A stretch of 64,000 nt of DNA from Octopus vulgaris (Eukaryota). The position numbers and the translations under genes were made by a program. Numbering within the stretch: position 1 is the stretch's first letter; every line of letters starts with the position of its first letter. Positions 1-11,392 of the stretch are shown piece by piece. The DNA lies in the NCBI GenBank assembly GCA_951406725.2, contig OX597817.1, positions 139,252,001-139,316,000 on the forward strand, in the 5' to 3' direction. The notes under the pieces were generated by a model. It saw nothing but the letters and a program-made list of their open reading frames with translations. It was not told where the DNA came from and did no database searches.

Positions 1-564
1 CTGAACATCTGTTGTCCGGCGAAGGAAGAGTACGGCTGTCGACTGAGTCAATTATAAAAATTGACCCACCGGGAGTTCTAACGAACGAAGGTAAGAATTG
101 TTTTCTCACGGTTGTAGCAATAGCAAAAGAGGCTGTATGGAAGACTAGGATAAAAGGAATTAAGACAGGCAACTTTATCTCTGGTGACAATTTACGATCC
201 TTTTTTTCTTTTCATTTGAAAAGGAAACTGTAGCTGGAGAAGAGGTGTCTGTCAGAGTGTACGTTCCAAAAGAGATGGAAGTATGTTGCACGAGTGTTGT
301 GCGTGCAAGGAACCGTGTGAATAGACGAGGAAAAAAAAAAGGAAAAATAAAAAGGTATCAGCGGTAGATCGGGGCTTGTGGGATCGGAGCGTAACTTGAT
401 CATCGCTTCATTTGTATTGTTTTTGTACTGTGTATTCCATTCGATTTTTATGTATTGTATTTTATTTTTGATGTCACATTTATGTAAAATCATATCGATT
501 CACTGATCCCATCAGTTGTACTGTCCATATCTATGTTTGGCCCCCGGTGGGCAATAAAGAAATT
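1..564 (+). mobile_element. 3' end of an L1/Tx1-clade LINE (ORF2 C-terminus + 3' UTR)
   Basis: Translation ...VAIAKEAVWKTRIKG...FHLKRKL*LEKRCLSECTFQKRW resembles the Tx1/L1 ORF2 C-terminus; ends GGCCCCCGGTGGGCAATAAAGAAAT. Confidence 0.6.
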
Positions 565-747
565 CGTATTTCGTCTGCCGTTACGTTCTGAGTTCAAATT
601 CCGCCGAGGTCGACTTTGCCTTCCATCCTTTCGGGATCGATAAATTAAGTACCAGTTACGCACTGGGGTCGATGTAATCGACTTAATCTGTTTGTCTGTC
701 CTTGTGTGTCCCCTCTGTGTTTAGCCCCTTGTGGGTAGTAAAGAAAT
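565..747 (+). mobile_element. tRNA-derived SINE family A (tail CCCCTTGTGGGTAGTAAAGAAAT), 5' part lost at the LINE junction
   Basis: B-box GAGTTCAAATTCC; near-identical to the copies at 3845, 8949, 22049, 43831, 53504 and 57171. Confidence 0.9.
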
Positions 748-1920
748 ATATATCATGAATGACCTATATTAATTTAGCCAATTTTAGAACGGTATATCTA
801 TTTTCCTAGCTAGTCTGCTCTATTATAAATACTAGAATTTTAGGCAACGAAACTTAAGTGAAACTCCCTTTTTTGTTTTTTTTTTGCTCCTGTCTGTTAA
901 CATCCAGCCACGATCCATATGCCTTTACTTCGCTCCCCACTTAACTATTAATAAAACGTTAGCTCTTGATCTAGTTTCGATAAAACTAAATCGGCAGTCT
1001 TAGAATGTGCGATACTTGAATGTTTTTTCACAGTAATATACATTTGTATATATTGACCTTATAAACTAGAAAATACGTAAGAATTGCAACTCAAATTATC
1101 AAATCGACTTTGTAAACGAAAAAGATATGTATGTACGGTACCATAATACATTATGCACACATTTATTACTGATACCGAGTAATCAATTTTATTAGTCTTC
1201 ACTGTTGTAGATGTAATGTTTTTATTATAACCACAACTCACAAACAGTTTTGTGAAATTTTACAGGGATTGATGATGTAAATTATGATCAGTTACATATT
1301 TTAACATTTACTTACAACCAGCTTTTTGTCTGCGTTTAGTAGATTCTTACACGAACAGGATCGGAAGAAGTCTATTTTGTTTAGGAATGCAGGAAATTTT
1401 TAATTAGTTAATATCTTCGTCTGCAAATCCTTTTCGCTTCTACACACACTTTTGTTCTGGCGTATGTACGTTTGTATATATGCATGCATATGTATGTATA
1501 TTTATGTATATATATGTATGTCATTCTTCATTTTTATTTCAAGATTTCTTGCCAATAGAGAAAGAACCAGTTTCTAACCTAGACCCAAAGTTCCATCATT
1601 GGAACTTCAACACCATCAATAGTATGTATGTATGTATGTATGTATGTATGTATGTATGTATGTATGTATGTATGTATGTATGTATGCATGTATGTATGTA
1701 TGTGTGCAGATTTGTATGTTTTGTTTTATGTATGTATTCTCATGCATTATAGTTGCATATGTAGACATACTCAAATATATTTAAATGATAAACTTCCGGA
1801 AAGTATAACAGATTTTTATAGTTCCAGTGATGGATTGGATTTGTAGTTTTCGAATCAACTTTCTCTATTCTGGTTTTGAGAAGCCTAATTTCTCAAGATT
1901 GGTATTTAGGCATGTGTTAC

Positions 1921-2294
1921 TGTTATGACGTGGTGTTTTCCACATCTGTAAGGTGTGCTCACCGTTGTGACTGTAGCTGTCCTATCTGCTCCAGTAGCCA
2001 ATATATTTTCTTGGTATCAGACACAGTGTATCTCTTCTATACCGGAATGGTAATATATCGCTTTGTCTATCGTGCTTTCGCTGACAGCTCTGCAAGACAC
2101 CGAATTTGAACCGTCTACCTTGACTGTGACTCAAACTCGACTATAACACTTAACTGACACTTAACACCGACTGAGAACTCATACAATGACTGACACACGA
2201 CTCCGCGTACTGGTTGACGTTGTTTCACTTTATGGTGGCTGGTACACCCCTCCCACTTGTCCCGTAGGAGGGGTGTACCATTTCCTCTACAACA
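1921..2294. mobile_element. Solo LTR
   Basis: TGTT...AACA termini flanked by a 5-bp TSD GTTAC/GTTAT. Confidence 0.6.
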
Positions 2295-2299
2295 GTTAT

Positions 2300-3660
2300 A
2301 TATCTCATTGCCCCAATAATTACAGTCATTGTATTTTGCTGGTAAAGGTATTGATGACCAAGAATACCAAGTGCTAGTTTAAAAGAATGAACAGGGAGAA
2401 GTTAAGTTAGAAGCTCTCCAATTACCAAACGGAAAATCCGATCCTGTTGTGAAATGAATAACAGCTGTTTTAAAGATAATTGTCGCTGATACAACGAGTG
2501 TGAACACTGGGAAAAGAAATGGCATTGTCATTCAGTTGCAAAGACTGTCTGCTCAAAAGGGTTCTGAAGAAACGCAAAATTTATTGGTTGACAGCATCAT
2601 ATCCTTGATAAAGTTCTTTGTGTTGTAATGGATAACGAACTTGGAGAAAAAAGTCATCTTCCAATATTGAATATACATCCATCCCAGAGCTTTTTAAGTA
2701 ATTACGAGAAATTTCAGGCTAATTTCAACAATGGCGAAGAAAAAATTACTGAATCAGAAGGATGGCGAGATGACATGAAATTTCTATTTCATTTGACCAG
2801 AATTTTTAGTTTCTTCAAAAAGAAACTGGAAAATTTCCTACTGTAAAGTTTTAAAAAATACCCAACATAAGTAATGCAAGATGGAATTCTCGAGCAATAC
2901 TAGCTCTTTTGGCATTTATTCTTCTACCACAGAAAAGAATTTTACTTCTCAATGTCTGTCGATTCATCTCTTACAGCTGGGCAGATTTTTGGTTTACTGA
3001 CCAAATGTTCAATGAACATGATTATCAGAAGTTATGTGGCAGCCTGCAAGTTTATAAAAAAGCACTGAACTCAGTAAAAAAACTTTTGGAGTCGAGAACC
3101 ATAAAAACTGGAAATTCCCAGAACAAATCAGAGTGCAGAATGGGCAATCAAGTGCCTTCAAGATCTTTATGATGTTTTTGAAAACAAGGAGAAACCTCAG
3201 CTTCGATTTATTTTATCTAACAAAGCATATTAATTCTTTGTTATGTTAAAAAACTTGTTAACATTAAGCACCCTTTTTCTTATACAGTTATTCAAAATTG
3301 GAATTAAACCTATACAATTTAAAATATGTATTGTTTTTAATTTTGTTAGTTATCGAATGCTTGTAGTGGCCTCTGTTTTAAAATAGTCTAGTTTTGAACC
3401 TTTGCACAGAGCAATTTCAATTCAATAATCTTTAAAAATGTATAAATACACTTTTATTCCACATCTTCCTTGCGTTTGCAAGGATTTAGGCTGAGGAAAT
3501 ACTGAAGTGTGAATCCACGTAATGATTATAGTTTAAAAAGCCCATAACTCCGAAACTTCTTCAACTAGAAGGCTGAAAATTCAGATAAATTATTTCTGTA
3601 TTGCATTTGAGTCAGTACACAAAAGTTGGTAAAAACTTTAGCAGGTGTTATGCACCCCTA
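2300..3660 (+). mobile_element. Degenerate hAT (hATm-like) transposase remnant with right terminus
   Basis: Frameshifted motifs DTTSVNTGKRNG, HHILDKVL, GWRDDMKF, ISNARWNSRAI; terminus ...GCACCCCTA (TAGGG-type TIR). Confidence 0.7.
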
Positions 3661-3844
3661 CTGGAATTTTGCGTGATTTGGGTCAAAAGTAGTTATTGAT
3701 TTCTTAAGTGGTGGTGACGTTTTTTTTTTTCAAATAAAGCAAAATAAATGTTAGTTTCTTAATTTTTATAAAATTATTCATCGAATTACAGCATAGGGTT
3801 AGTAGGTTGTGAAAAAGTCATAACCTTAATGTCTATACTTATAC

Positions 3845-4078
3845 CTATTTCTTTACTACCCACAAGGGGCTAAACACAGAGAGGACAAACAAGGACAGAC
3901 ACACGGATTAAGTCGATTTTATCGACCCCAGTGCGTAACTGGTACTTATTTAATCGAGCCCGAAAGGATGAAAGGCAAAGTCGACCTCGGTGGAATTTGA
4001 ACTCAGAACGTAACGGCAGACGAAATACGGCTACGCACTTCGCCCGGCGTGCTAACGATTCTGCCAGCTCGCCGCCTT
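3845..4078 (-). mobile_element. Full-length SINE family A
   Basis: A/B-box head and family tail; ~20-bp TSD (ttaatgtctatacttatac / ttaaatgtctaaacttatac). Confidence 0.9.
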
Positions 4079-4639
4079 AAATGTCTAAACTTATACCGTC
4101 ATTTGTGTGTGTATGGGGGGGGGTTGTATGTATGTATGTATTTACACACTCACACATTTATTTATGTAATATAAATTTAGTCTCATAACAGCCAATTTAT
4201 GTTACTGAACGGTACATGCTAAAGACTTTCAGATGTGAAGAGAAATGAACAATCCTCAAGTATGGCTGAGTGAAGTATAGCTTGCACTCTTTGTTACTGG
4301 AGAACTGAAAGTGTCACGTCCAGTAACAAAGTTATACGTTTCCACTCAACCATATTTTCTATATTGCGGCATCGTATGCAATGCCCATCTGTGCTGTCTT
4401 CCTTAATACAAGGCGACTCAGTTGGTGTTGTTTAATCAATACCAGGAGGAAATACAGTTTATATATCGTTAAAATTGATTCGTGCTTCATCGTCTTAATA
4501 TGCGGAGCTGAAATCTTTTTGCAAAAGAAAGAAAAAGTTGAGAGCAATAAAAGTTTTATAAAAAGAAGCAAACATATGAAGAACAACAACAGCAACAACA
4601 AAAACTACAACAAAAGTATCAATTAATTAGAGACACATG

Positions 4640-5185
4640 AAGCAGCATTAGATGAAATATAGGTGTGTACGGCCATATTTAATATATTCGTGTACACTCG
4701 GACTTGAAAAGGACTACACTGCAGAAATTGTCTCGAGAGAAAAATTCTCCATACTGTCAATATGTGTGAGAAACACACCATTGGGTCATGCATGACGTCA
4801 TCGGATCGTAGGTGTCTTTCCATATCTGAGTGTGCTCGAACGTATTAAACATGATTGTATGCACTTTATATTTCATTTATCACTGCTTAGTGAGCCTCTG
4901 ATTATTTAATTCCAGCTTGACAGCACTTTGCCAACATCAGCAAATGTACCATTCGCTGATAAAATATAAGAACAAGTTGTTAGTGACTGTGAACGACGGC
5001 TCGGTTTCCGCAGCTAACAACGCGCAAAGACGCAGCAACACAAGCCTTCTGCGCTTCCATGGTGTCATTTATGGCCCAATGGGTGTAAAGTGTCATACAA
5101 GGAGAATTTTTTCCCTCGAGGCAATTTCTGCAGCGTATGTCTTTCCATACACGAACATGATTGTATACATCTGTACAACAGAAAT
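4640..5185. repeat. Diverged inverted repeat (fold-back) downstream of the precursor stop codon
   Basis: 4716-4750 is the reverse complement of 5101-5136; 4777-4805 pairs with 5056-5085; 4661-4720 also pairs with 4807-4866; mismatches are mostly transitions. Confidence 0.75.
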
Positions 5186-5474
5186 ATGGTTTGTGAGAAA
5201 CAACAACAATATCATCACCACCAATTTATATAACAAAAACAACAACTGCAACAACAACCCTGTTTCCGTCTCTCATTTTAATAAAGTGCGATAATGGCTG
5301 TTTAGTTAGTTTATCATTTATTTACAAAACTTAATTTATCGTTCAACTTCCCAAAAACATATCGATTAACTTATTTTTCACACGTCACTATCAATACATT
5401 TAAATCGTTATCATTTTTTTTTTTCTGTTAAATATCATAGTTTTATTTTTCTATTTTCCTTTCGAAATATTTCC

Positions 5475-5812
5475 CTATGAATGTGCAAGACTTTGTCTTC
5501 TCTTATCATTATCTTCAGGAAGTTCGAGGTGGTGAGCTCTTTGTGCAAGCAATTCTAGTTTCTTTAGAAGCAATCCTTTAGTCAAAAGCGGCTTTTCACG
5601 TCTCTTTGCAATGTCAAGAGAGAAAGGTGAACCTCTTTTGCCGAGACCGACATCGAAATATATTTCATCACTTGAAAAATCAGGTAACGTTTTCTGCGGC
5701 GGTTCCTTGTAGAGAAAAGGTAAATCGATGATGTTCCACGGGATGTATGACCAAGGGTGGATTTTCTTGTAAAGGTTAGCCACTTCATCTCTCATTGCTG
5801 GATAGTAGTCTA
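5475..5812 (-). CDS. Terminal coding exon of the same precursor (133 aa if directly spliced): (I)DYYPAMRDEVANLYKKIHPWSYIPWNIIDLPFLYKEPPQKTLPDFSSDEIYFDVGLGKRGSPFSLDIAKRREKPLLTKGLLLKKLELLAQRAHHLELPEDNDKRRQSLAHS*
   Basis: Non-repetitive ORF preceded by acceptor TCTATTTTTTATTTGCAG| (AG at 5814-5813), phase 1; contains GKR, two KRR and two KK sites; AATAAA downstream on the minus strand at 5447-5442 and 5322-5317. Confidence 0.8.
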
Positions 5813-5879
5813 CTGCAAATAAAAAATAGATACCATTTAAAACTTCAGTGGAATTTAAAGAGGTGCAATGGAAGAATGC

Positions 5880-6170
5880 GAAGAGTCTAAGTGCTTGAAG
5901 ATGAGCTCAGTGGAACATTTGCAGATGGAAACGATGAGGGAACTGCAATTGTTGACTTTCTGGTCTGGGATGGAGGGAGCCGAAGAAAATCGTCAAGCAA
6001 TGGATGGTGGGGGAAAGCAAGAGTTAGGTTTAAGAAGAAGGTGATGTTGAGAGTTTTAATGTATGGGAAGAAGTCAAATAAATGTCGGTTGATTTGGTGG
6101 AAAGGATTGTGGATTAGGTGGGGGTGAAAGTGGAAGAGAAAGGAGACGTGTGGGGGTAAATGTCAGTATC
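5880..6170 (-). mobile_element. Possible degenerate Penelope-like RT N-terminal fragment
   Basis: Minus translation ...KVNNCSSLIVSICKCSTELIFKHLDS resembles the PLE motif K.N.PGRPIVS.C.CPTE.IS..LD. Confidence 0.35.
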
Positions 6171-6191
6171 TGCATGAGGTGTGCAGCTAAA

Positions 6192-6236
<45 letters not shown>

Positions 6237-6241
6237 ACACT

Positions 6242-6273
<32 letters not shown>

Positions 6274-8081
6274 ACTTCTCTTCCTCCCACCCAGAACACA
6301 CCAAGCTTTCCATCCCCTATTCCCAATTCCTCCGTCTACGTAGGCTCTGTAGTGACGACCATGACTTTGAGACTCAGTCTCAACGTATGGCTCACCACTT
6401 CACCCTACGTGGATACCCCCTCACCACTATCCACACCGCCCTTGCCAGAGCACGGTCCGTGGACCGTGTATCTGCTCTCTCTCCCCGAACCCGCCCTGTA
6501 GTCTCCCGCCTCCCTTTTCCCCTCACTTACCACCCCACGACCCTACGTCTCCAACGCACCATTCTTCGAGCTTTCCGTCATCTCCAGTCCGACCCGTCCA
6601 CTTCACACCTCTTCCCTAACCGACCCCTCCCCTCTTTCAAACGAGCCCACAACCTTCGAGACCTTTTGGTCCATAGCTCCTTCCCTGACCCTACCTCCCA
6701 ACCCGGCTCGTTCCCCTGCTCCCGCCCACGTTGCCGCACTTGCCCTTACCTCTCCAACACCACCCGCCTCACTAGCACCCACCATCGACCCTATCCCATC
6801 ATCCACTCCTTCACCTGCACCTCCAGCAATATTATCTATTGCATCTCTTGCTCTCTCTGCAATTCCTTGTACATCGGACAAACGGGACGCCGCTTGGCTG
6901 ACCGGTTCGCGGAACACCTTCGTGACATCCACCTTGCGAACGACACACCGGTCTCACGCCATTTCCGCTCCACCGGTCACTCCTTGCAACACCTATCTGT
7001 GTTCGGTTTGTCCTTACACAGAGGCCATCCGGATTCCCGTTTGCGCCGTGAACAGGAATTAATCTTCTCTCTTCGCTCTTATACGCCATTTGGTCTCAAC
7101 TCTCCCCCCTCCTCATCTAACCCCCTCCCCCTCCTCACCTATCCTTTCTCCCCCGACCCCTACTTCTTCAGTCCTTCATCCTTTCACCCCTACTCCCCTT
7201 CCCTTCTTCCCTCTTTCTCCCTCCCTCTTCCCCTTCCCTCTGCTCCCTCACTCCCTCTCTCCCCTTCTCTCTCCCCCTCTCCCTCTTTCCTCCTTCATCC
7301 CCCTCATCCCCTTCCTTCTCCCCCATCCTCTCCTCTCCCCCTTCCCCTCCCCCTCTTCTCCCCCCTTCTCCCCCCTTCTCCCCCTCCCCTCCCCCTCTTC
7401 TCCTCACTACACCACATGACTTTACACATCACATCACATATGATGTGCCATACTAATACACACACCAACTAATACATACTAATACGTACTAATACATACT
7501 AGTACATACTAATACTTACACCAACCCTATACATACACACGTCCAGACCCCGCATACGCACTTATACTCTCTCACACACACACACACACACCTATACATA
7601 CCAATACGTACTAATACATACTAATACATACTAATACATACACCAACCCCATACATACGCACGCCCAGACCAATCTTACGCACTAATACTCTCTCATACA
7701 CACACACACCCTTATACATACTAATACATACACCAACCCTATACATACACACATCCAGACCCCTCCCACGCACTTTTAGCTGGTCCCTCAACCCTTTTAT
7801 CAACCCTATTATCTCCCCTTATTTCGCTCTCGCGTCTCATGTTTGATCTTTGACCTCTGGCCGAAATCAGATCGCCATGTTGATTCGTTAGCTACTGCAC
7901 GCATTTTTTTCTCTCCTTCTTTCTGTGTTTTTCTCTCTCTGTGTATCTTTCTGTTGAAGAGCGTAGGCTCGAAACGTTAAAGACTTGTTTTATTTATATT
8001 TCCTGAGCGCCATACTAATACAATTGTTCGTTTGTTTTCCACCTGCCTTCGTCTTTTGTTTATTTTCATAAAGCTTCCCGT

Positions 8082-8082
<1 letters not shown>
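6274..8082 (+). mobile_element. 5'-truncated Penelope-like element (Neptune-type): RT C-terminus, Cys-linker, GIY-YIG endonuclease, pLTR with hammerhead
   Basis: SSSHPEHTKLSIPYSQFLRLRRLCS; CSRPRCRTC; NIIYCISCSLCNSLYIGQTGRRLADRFAEH; flanked by (TA)n on both sides. Confidence 0.9.
7947..7982 (+). ncRNA. Minimal type I hammerhead ribozyme motif (PLE pLTR family 1)
   Basis: cttt-CTGTTGA-a-gagc gtag gctc-GAAAC-gtta-aag; palindromic ACGT stem III. Confidence 0.6.
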
Positions 8083-8124
<42 letters not shown>

Positions 8125-8599
8125 GTGTGTGTGGGTGTGGGTCTATTCGTCGTCTCCACTCACAATTCTTGGGAGGTTCGTGAGGGGTAGAATCTGCAGG
8201 CATCTCCTCCTCTTTAGGGTCCCATCAGAAACACCAGTCATTAGACTTTCCAGGTGGAATCCCATGAGTGAGCAACGGATTCCATGGGTCTTAGGGTCCC
8301 TTGCTGGTTAGCTCGGCTCAAAAAATCCATCGTTCTTGCGACACGCACATCACATGTCTGTAGCACCCTCAATACGTAGTGGCCTCTCAATACGAAGAAG
8401 TAGTGGATCGACCTGGAGAGTCTCCATCACCTCCGAGTTACGCACCTACTTCACTAACGTTACTTCAGAGACACTAAGGAAGACCCCCTATTCGAACGCT
8501 TGTATCCGCGATCATATATACACATGCATACATACAGAATCGTATGTATGTATGTATGTATGTATGTATGTATGTATGTATGTATGTATGTATATATGA

Positions 8600-9180
8600 A
8601 ATTGGGCGGTGGGGAGTCGATTAGATCGTCCCAGTAGGCAGCTGGTACTTAATTTATCAACCTCGAAAGGGTAAAAAGCCAAGTCGACCTCGGCGGAATT
8701 TGAACTCAGAACATGAAGACAGACAGAATACCGCTAACCATTTCACTCAGCGTGCTAACGTTTCTTATTTATTTACTACCTACTAGGGGCTACACACTGA
8801 GGGTACAAACAAGGACAGACAAACAGATTAAGTCGATTACATCAACCCCAGTGCGTAATTGGTACTTAATTTATCGACCCCGAAAGGATAAAAGGCAAAG
8901 TCGACCTCGGCGGAATTTGAACTCAGAACGTAACGACAGACGAAATACCTATTTCTTTACTACCCACAAGGGGCTAAACACAGAGAGGACAAACAAGGAC
9001 AGACAAACGGATTAAGTCGATTATATCGACCCCAGTGCGTAACTGGTACTTATTTAATCGACCCCGAAAGGATGAAAGGCAAAGTCGACCTCGGCGGAAT
9101 TTGAACTCAGAACGTAACGGCAGACGAAATGCCGCTAGTCATTTCGCCCAGCGTGCTAACGTTTCTGCCAGCTCGCTGCC
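8600..9180 (-). mobile_element. Three head-to-tail SINE units (one family B, two family A)
   Basis: Repeated GTCGACCTCGGCGGAATTTGAACTCAGAAC core; junction GAAATAC|CTATTTCTTTAC at ~8948. Confidence 0.9.
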
Positions 9181-9182
9181 TT

Positions 9183-9231
<49 letters not shown>

Positions 9232-9363
9232 GAACTCACACCCACAATTGATTTGGAAACGTTTGGTTTGTGTGATTGATAGTGGTTCTCATGACGACAA
9301 CGATTTTTACTGTCGGTTTCTCGTAGAATAACTGATTCCTATTATTATTATTATTATTATTAT

Positions 9364-9413
<50 letters not shown>

Positions 9414-10016
9414 TGTTTGTTTTTATTTGTTTTCATTTTTTTTTATTTAGTTTCCACTATCATTATTAGTAAATCGTCTTCGACTGGCGATGCCTATTTG
9501 TTTAGTGGTTCCTTTCAGACAGAAAGAAAACAGATAATGGCTAAATGATAACAAACCATAGAATAAAACAATGGAACCAAGATAGCGTGAGAAGGAATCG
9601 GTATTGTAAAATCCAGCATAAATTGGATAATGGAAGAATTCCGGAGACTCTTAGACATGGAATACGCCTGTTTAATCAATTGCCCATGCTTTGTGTGTAT
9701 GCGTGCGTGCGTGCGTGTGTGCGTGTTGTGCGCTGCGTATGTATGTATGTATGCATGTTTGTGTATGTGTGTATGTTTCTGTGTGTATATATATATACGT
9801 GTGTACAAGAATTGTTAATGTCAACCCATACACACAGCGACTTGTAGAAATTGACAGAGGATCTACAGGCATACACTGACATTAATTATATACATAATTA
9901 CTTTTCTGATTTTCCTACGGCTCTACACCACACACACACACACACACATACACACACACACACACACAAATTAGTGATTGATAAGAGAACAGTAGTTATG
10001 TAACAACCTTACATTA

Positions 10017-10085
10017 GCCTACAACTGTTTCCGCTACAAGTGTGAACTGAGGGTTCATGCAATATTTTATAGCATCTTCGGAGCC
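10017..10085 (-). ncRNA. Hammerhead-like motif (PLE-type)
   Basis: rc: ggct-CCGAAGA-tgcta...tagcg-GAAA-cagttg-TA-ggct. Confidence 0.45.
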
Positions 10086-10374
10086 ATACATATATATACG
10101 TTACTTCCGATCACTTCAGCAATGTAACTACACACGTGCTGTGCGCGATTACTTTTCCTTCTTTGGACTTTCCCTTTCTTCTTTCCGACTAGGAGTTATG
10201 CTCGAAACGTCAACAACTCTCTCCTTTTACCGAGCGTCAAACTAAGACAATTCTTGTGCACGTCCACTTGTTGTCTGTTATGGTTAATTTTATTATTCAT
10301 TCATTTGAATTGACTTTACACACACACACATACACACACAGATACATACATATATATATATACATATATACATT

Positions 10375-10435
<61 letters not shown>

Positions 10436-10522
10436 TGTATATTTGTGTGTATATATATGTATATATTCCAAGTGGTGCTATTAAATCAGACATGCTGACC
10501 GAATCATATCTAAGTATTTGAG

Positions 10523-10627
<105 letters not shown>

Positions 10628-10778
10628 GGAGAGAGAATGAGAGAGAGAGAAAAATAACATCTTGAACGCAGGAGAATAATTGTGAAAACAGCTTTTCGAA
10701 AATTGGGTAAAACCCTATAAACAGAAAAAAGTGGCCATCGGCTGCTATGGAGAATCGAACCGTGTAACTCTCTCATAT

Positions 10779-10881
<103 letters not shown>

Positions 10882-10927
10882 CTATCTATCTATCTATCTA
10901 TTAATCTATCTATCTCTCTATCTTTCT

Positions 10928-11006
<79 letters not shown>

Positions 11007-11320
11007 GGTGAGCATGTGTGCGTTTCAATTGGGAGTGGTTGAGTATATACATATAGGCGCATGTACGTAGGTGTGCGGGGGCGCCTGTGTATGCATGGAC
11101 ATGCGTGCTTACGCGATTACTATGAACATTTCTACTCCCTTACCTTTACCCTCTCCCCTTTCTTAGCGGTCATCCAAATAACTCTTTTGTCTTAATAGCG
11201 GTCAATCGCACTGTAATTTCCCTTTGTTCTGACGGTCATTTTCAGAGCATTTTTCCGATAACTGAAGAGATAATAATAATCACCAGTCTTTTGGTATCTG
11301 TCAAAAATATATTAACAGCC

Positions 11321-11392
11321 AGGTTTCACCGAGATTTGAACTCCGATCGCTGGATCCAAAGTCCAGAGTGATAACCATTACACCGTGAGAAG
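11321..11392 (-). pseudogene. tRNA-Gln(TTG) pseudogene
   Basis: rc CACGGTGTAATGGTTATCACTCTGGACTTTGGATCCAGCGATCGGAGTTCAAATCTCGGTGAAACCT matches the eukaryotic tRNA-Gln consensus; the 5' acceptor strand is disrupted. Confidence 0.85.

Noticed and set aside
6150-7472. 440-aa ORF as a host gene
   Set aside because: Poly-Y and Pro/Ser/Leu ends are simple repeats; the core is a Penelope-like fragment.
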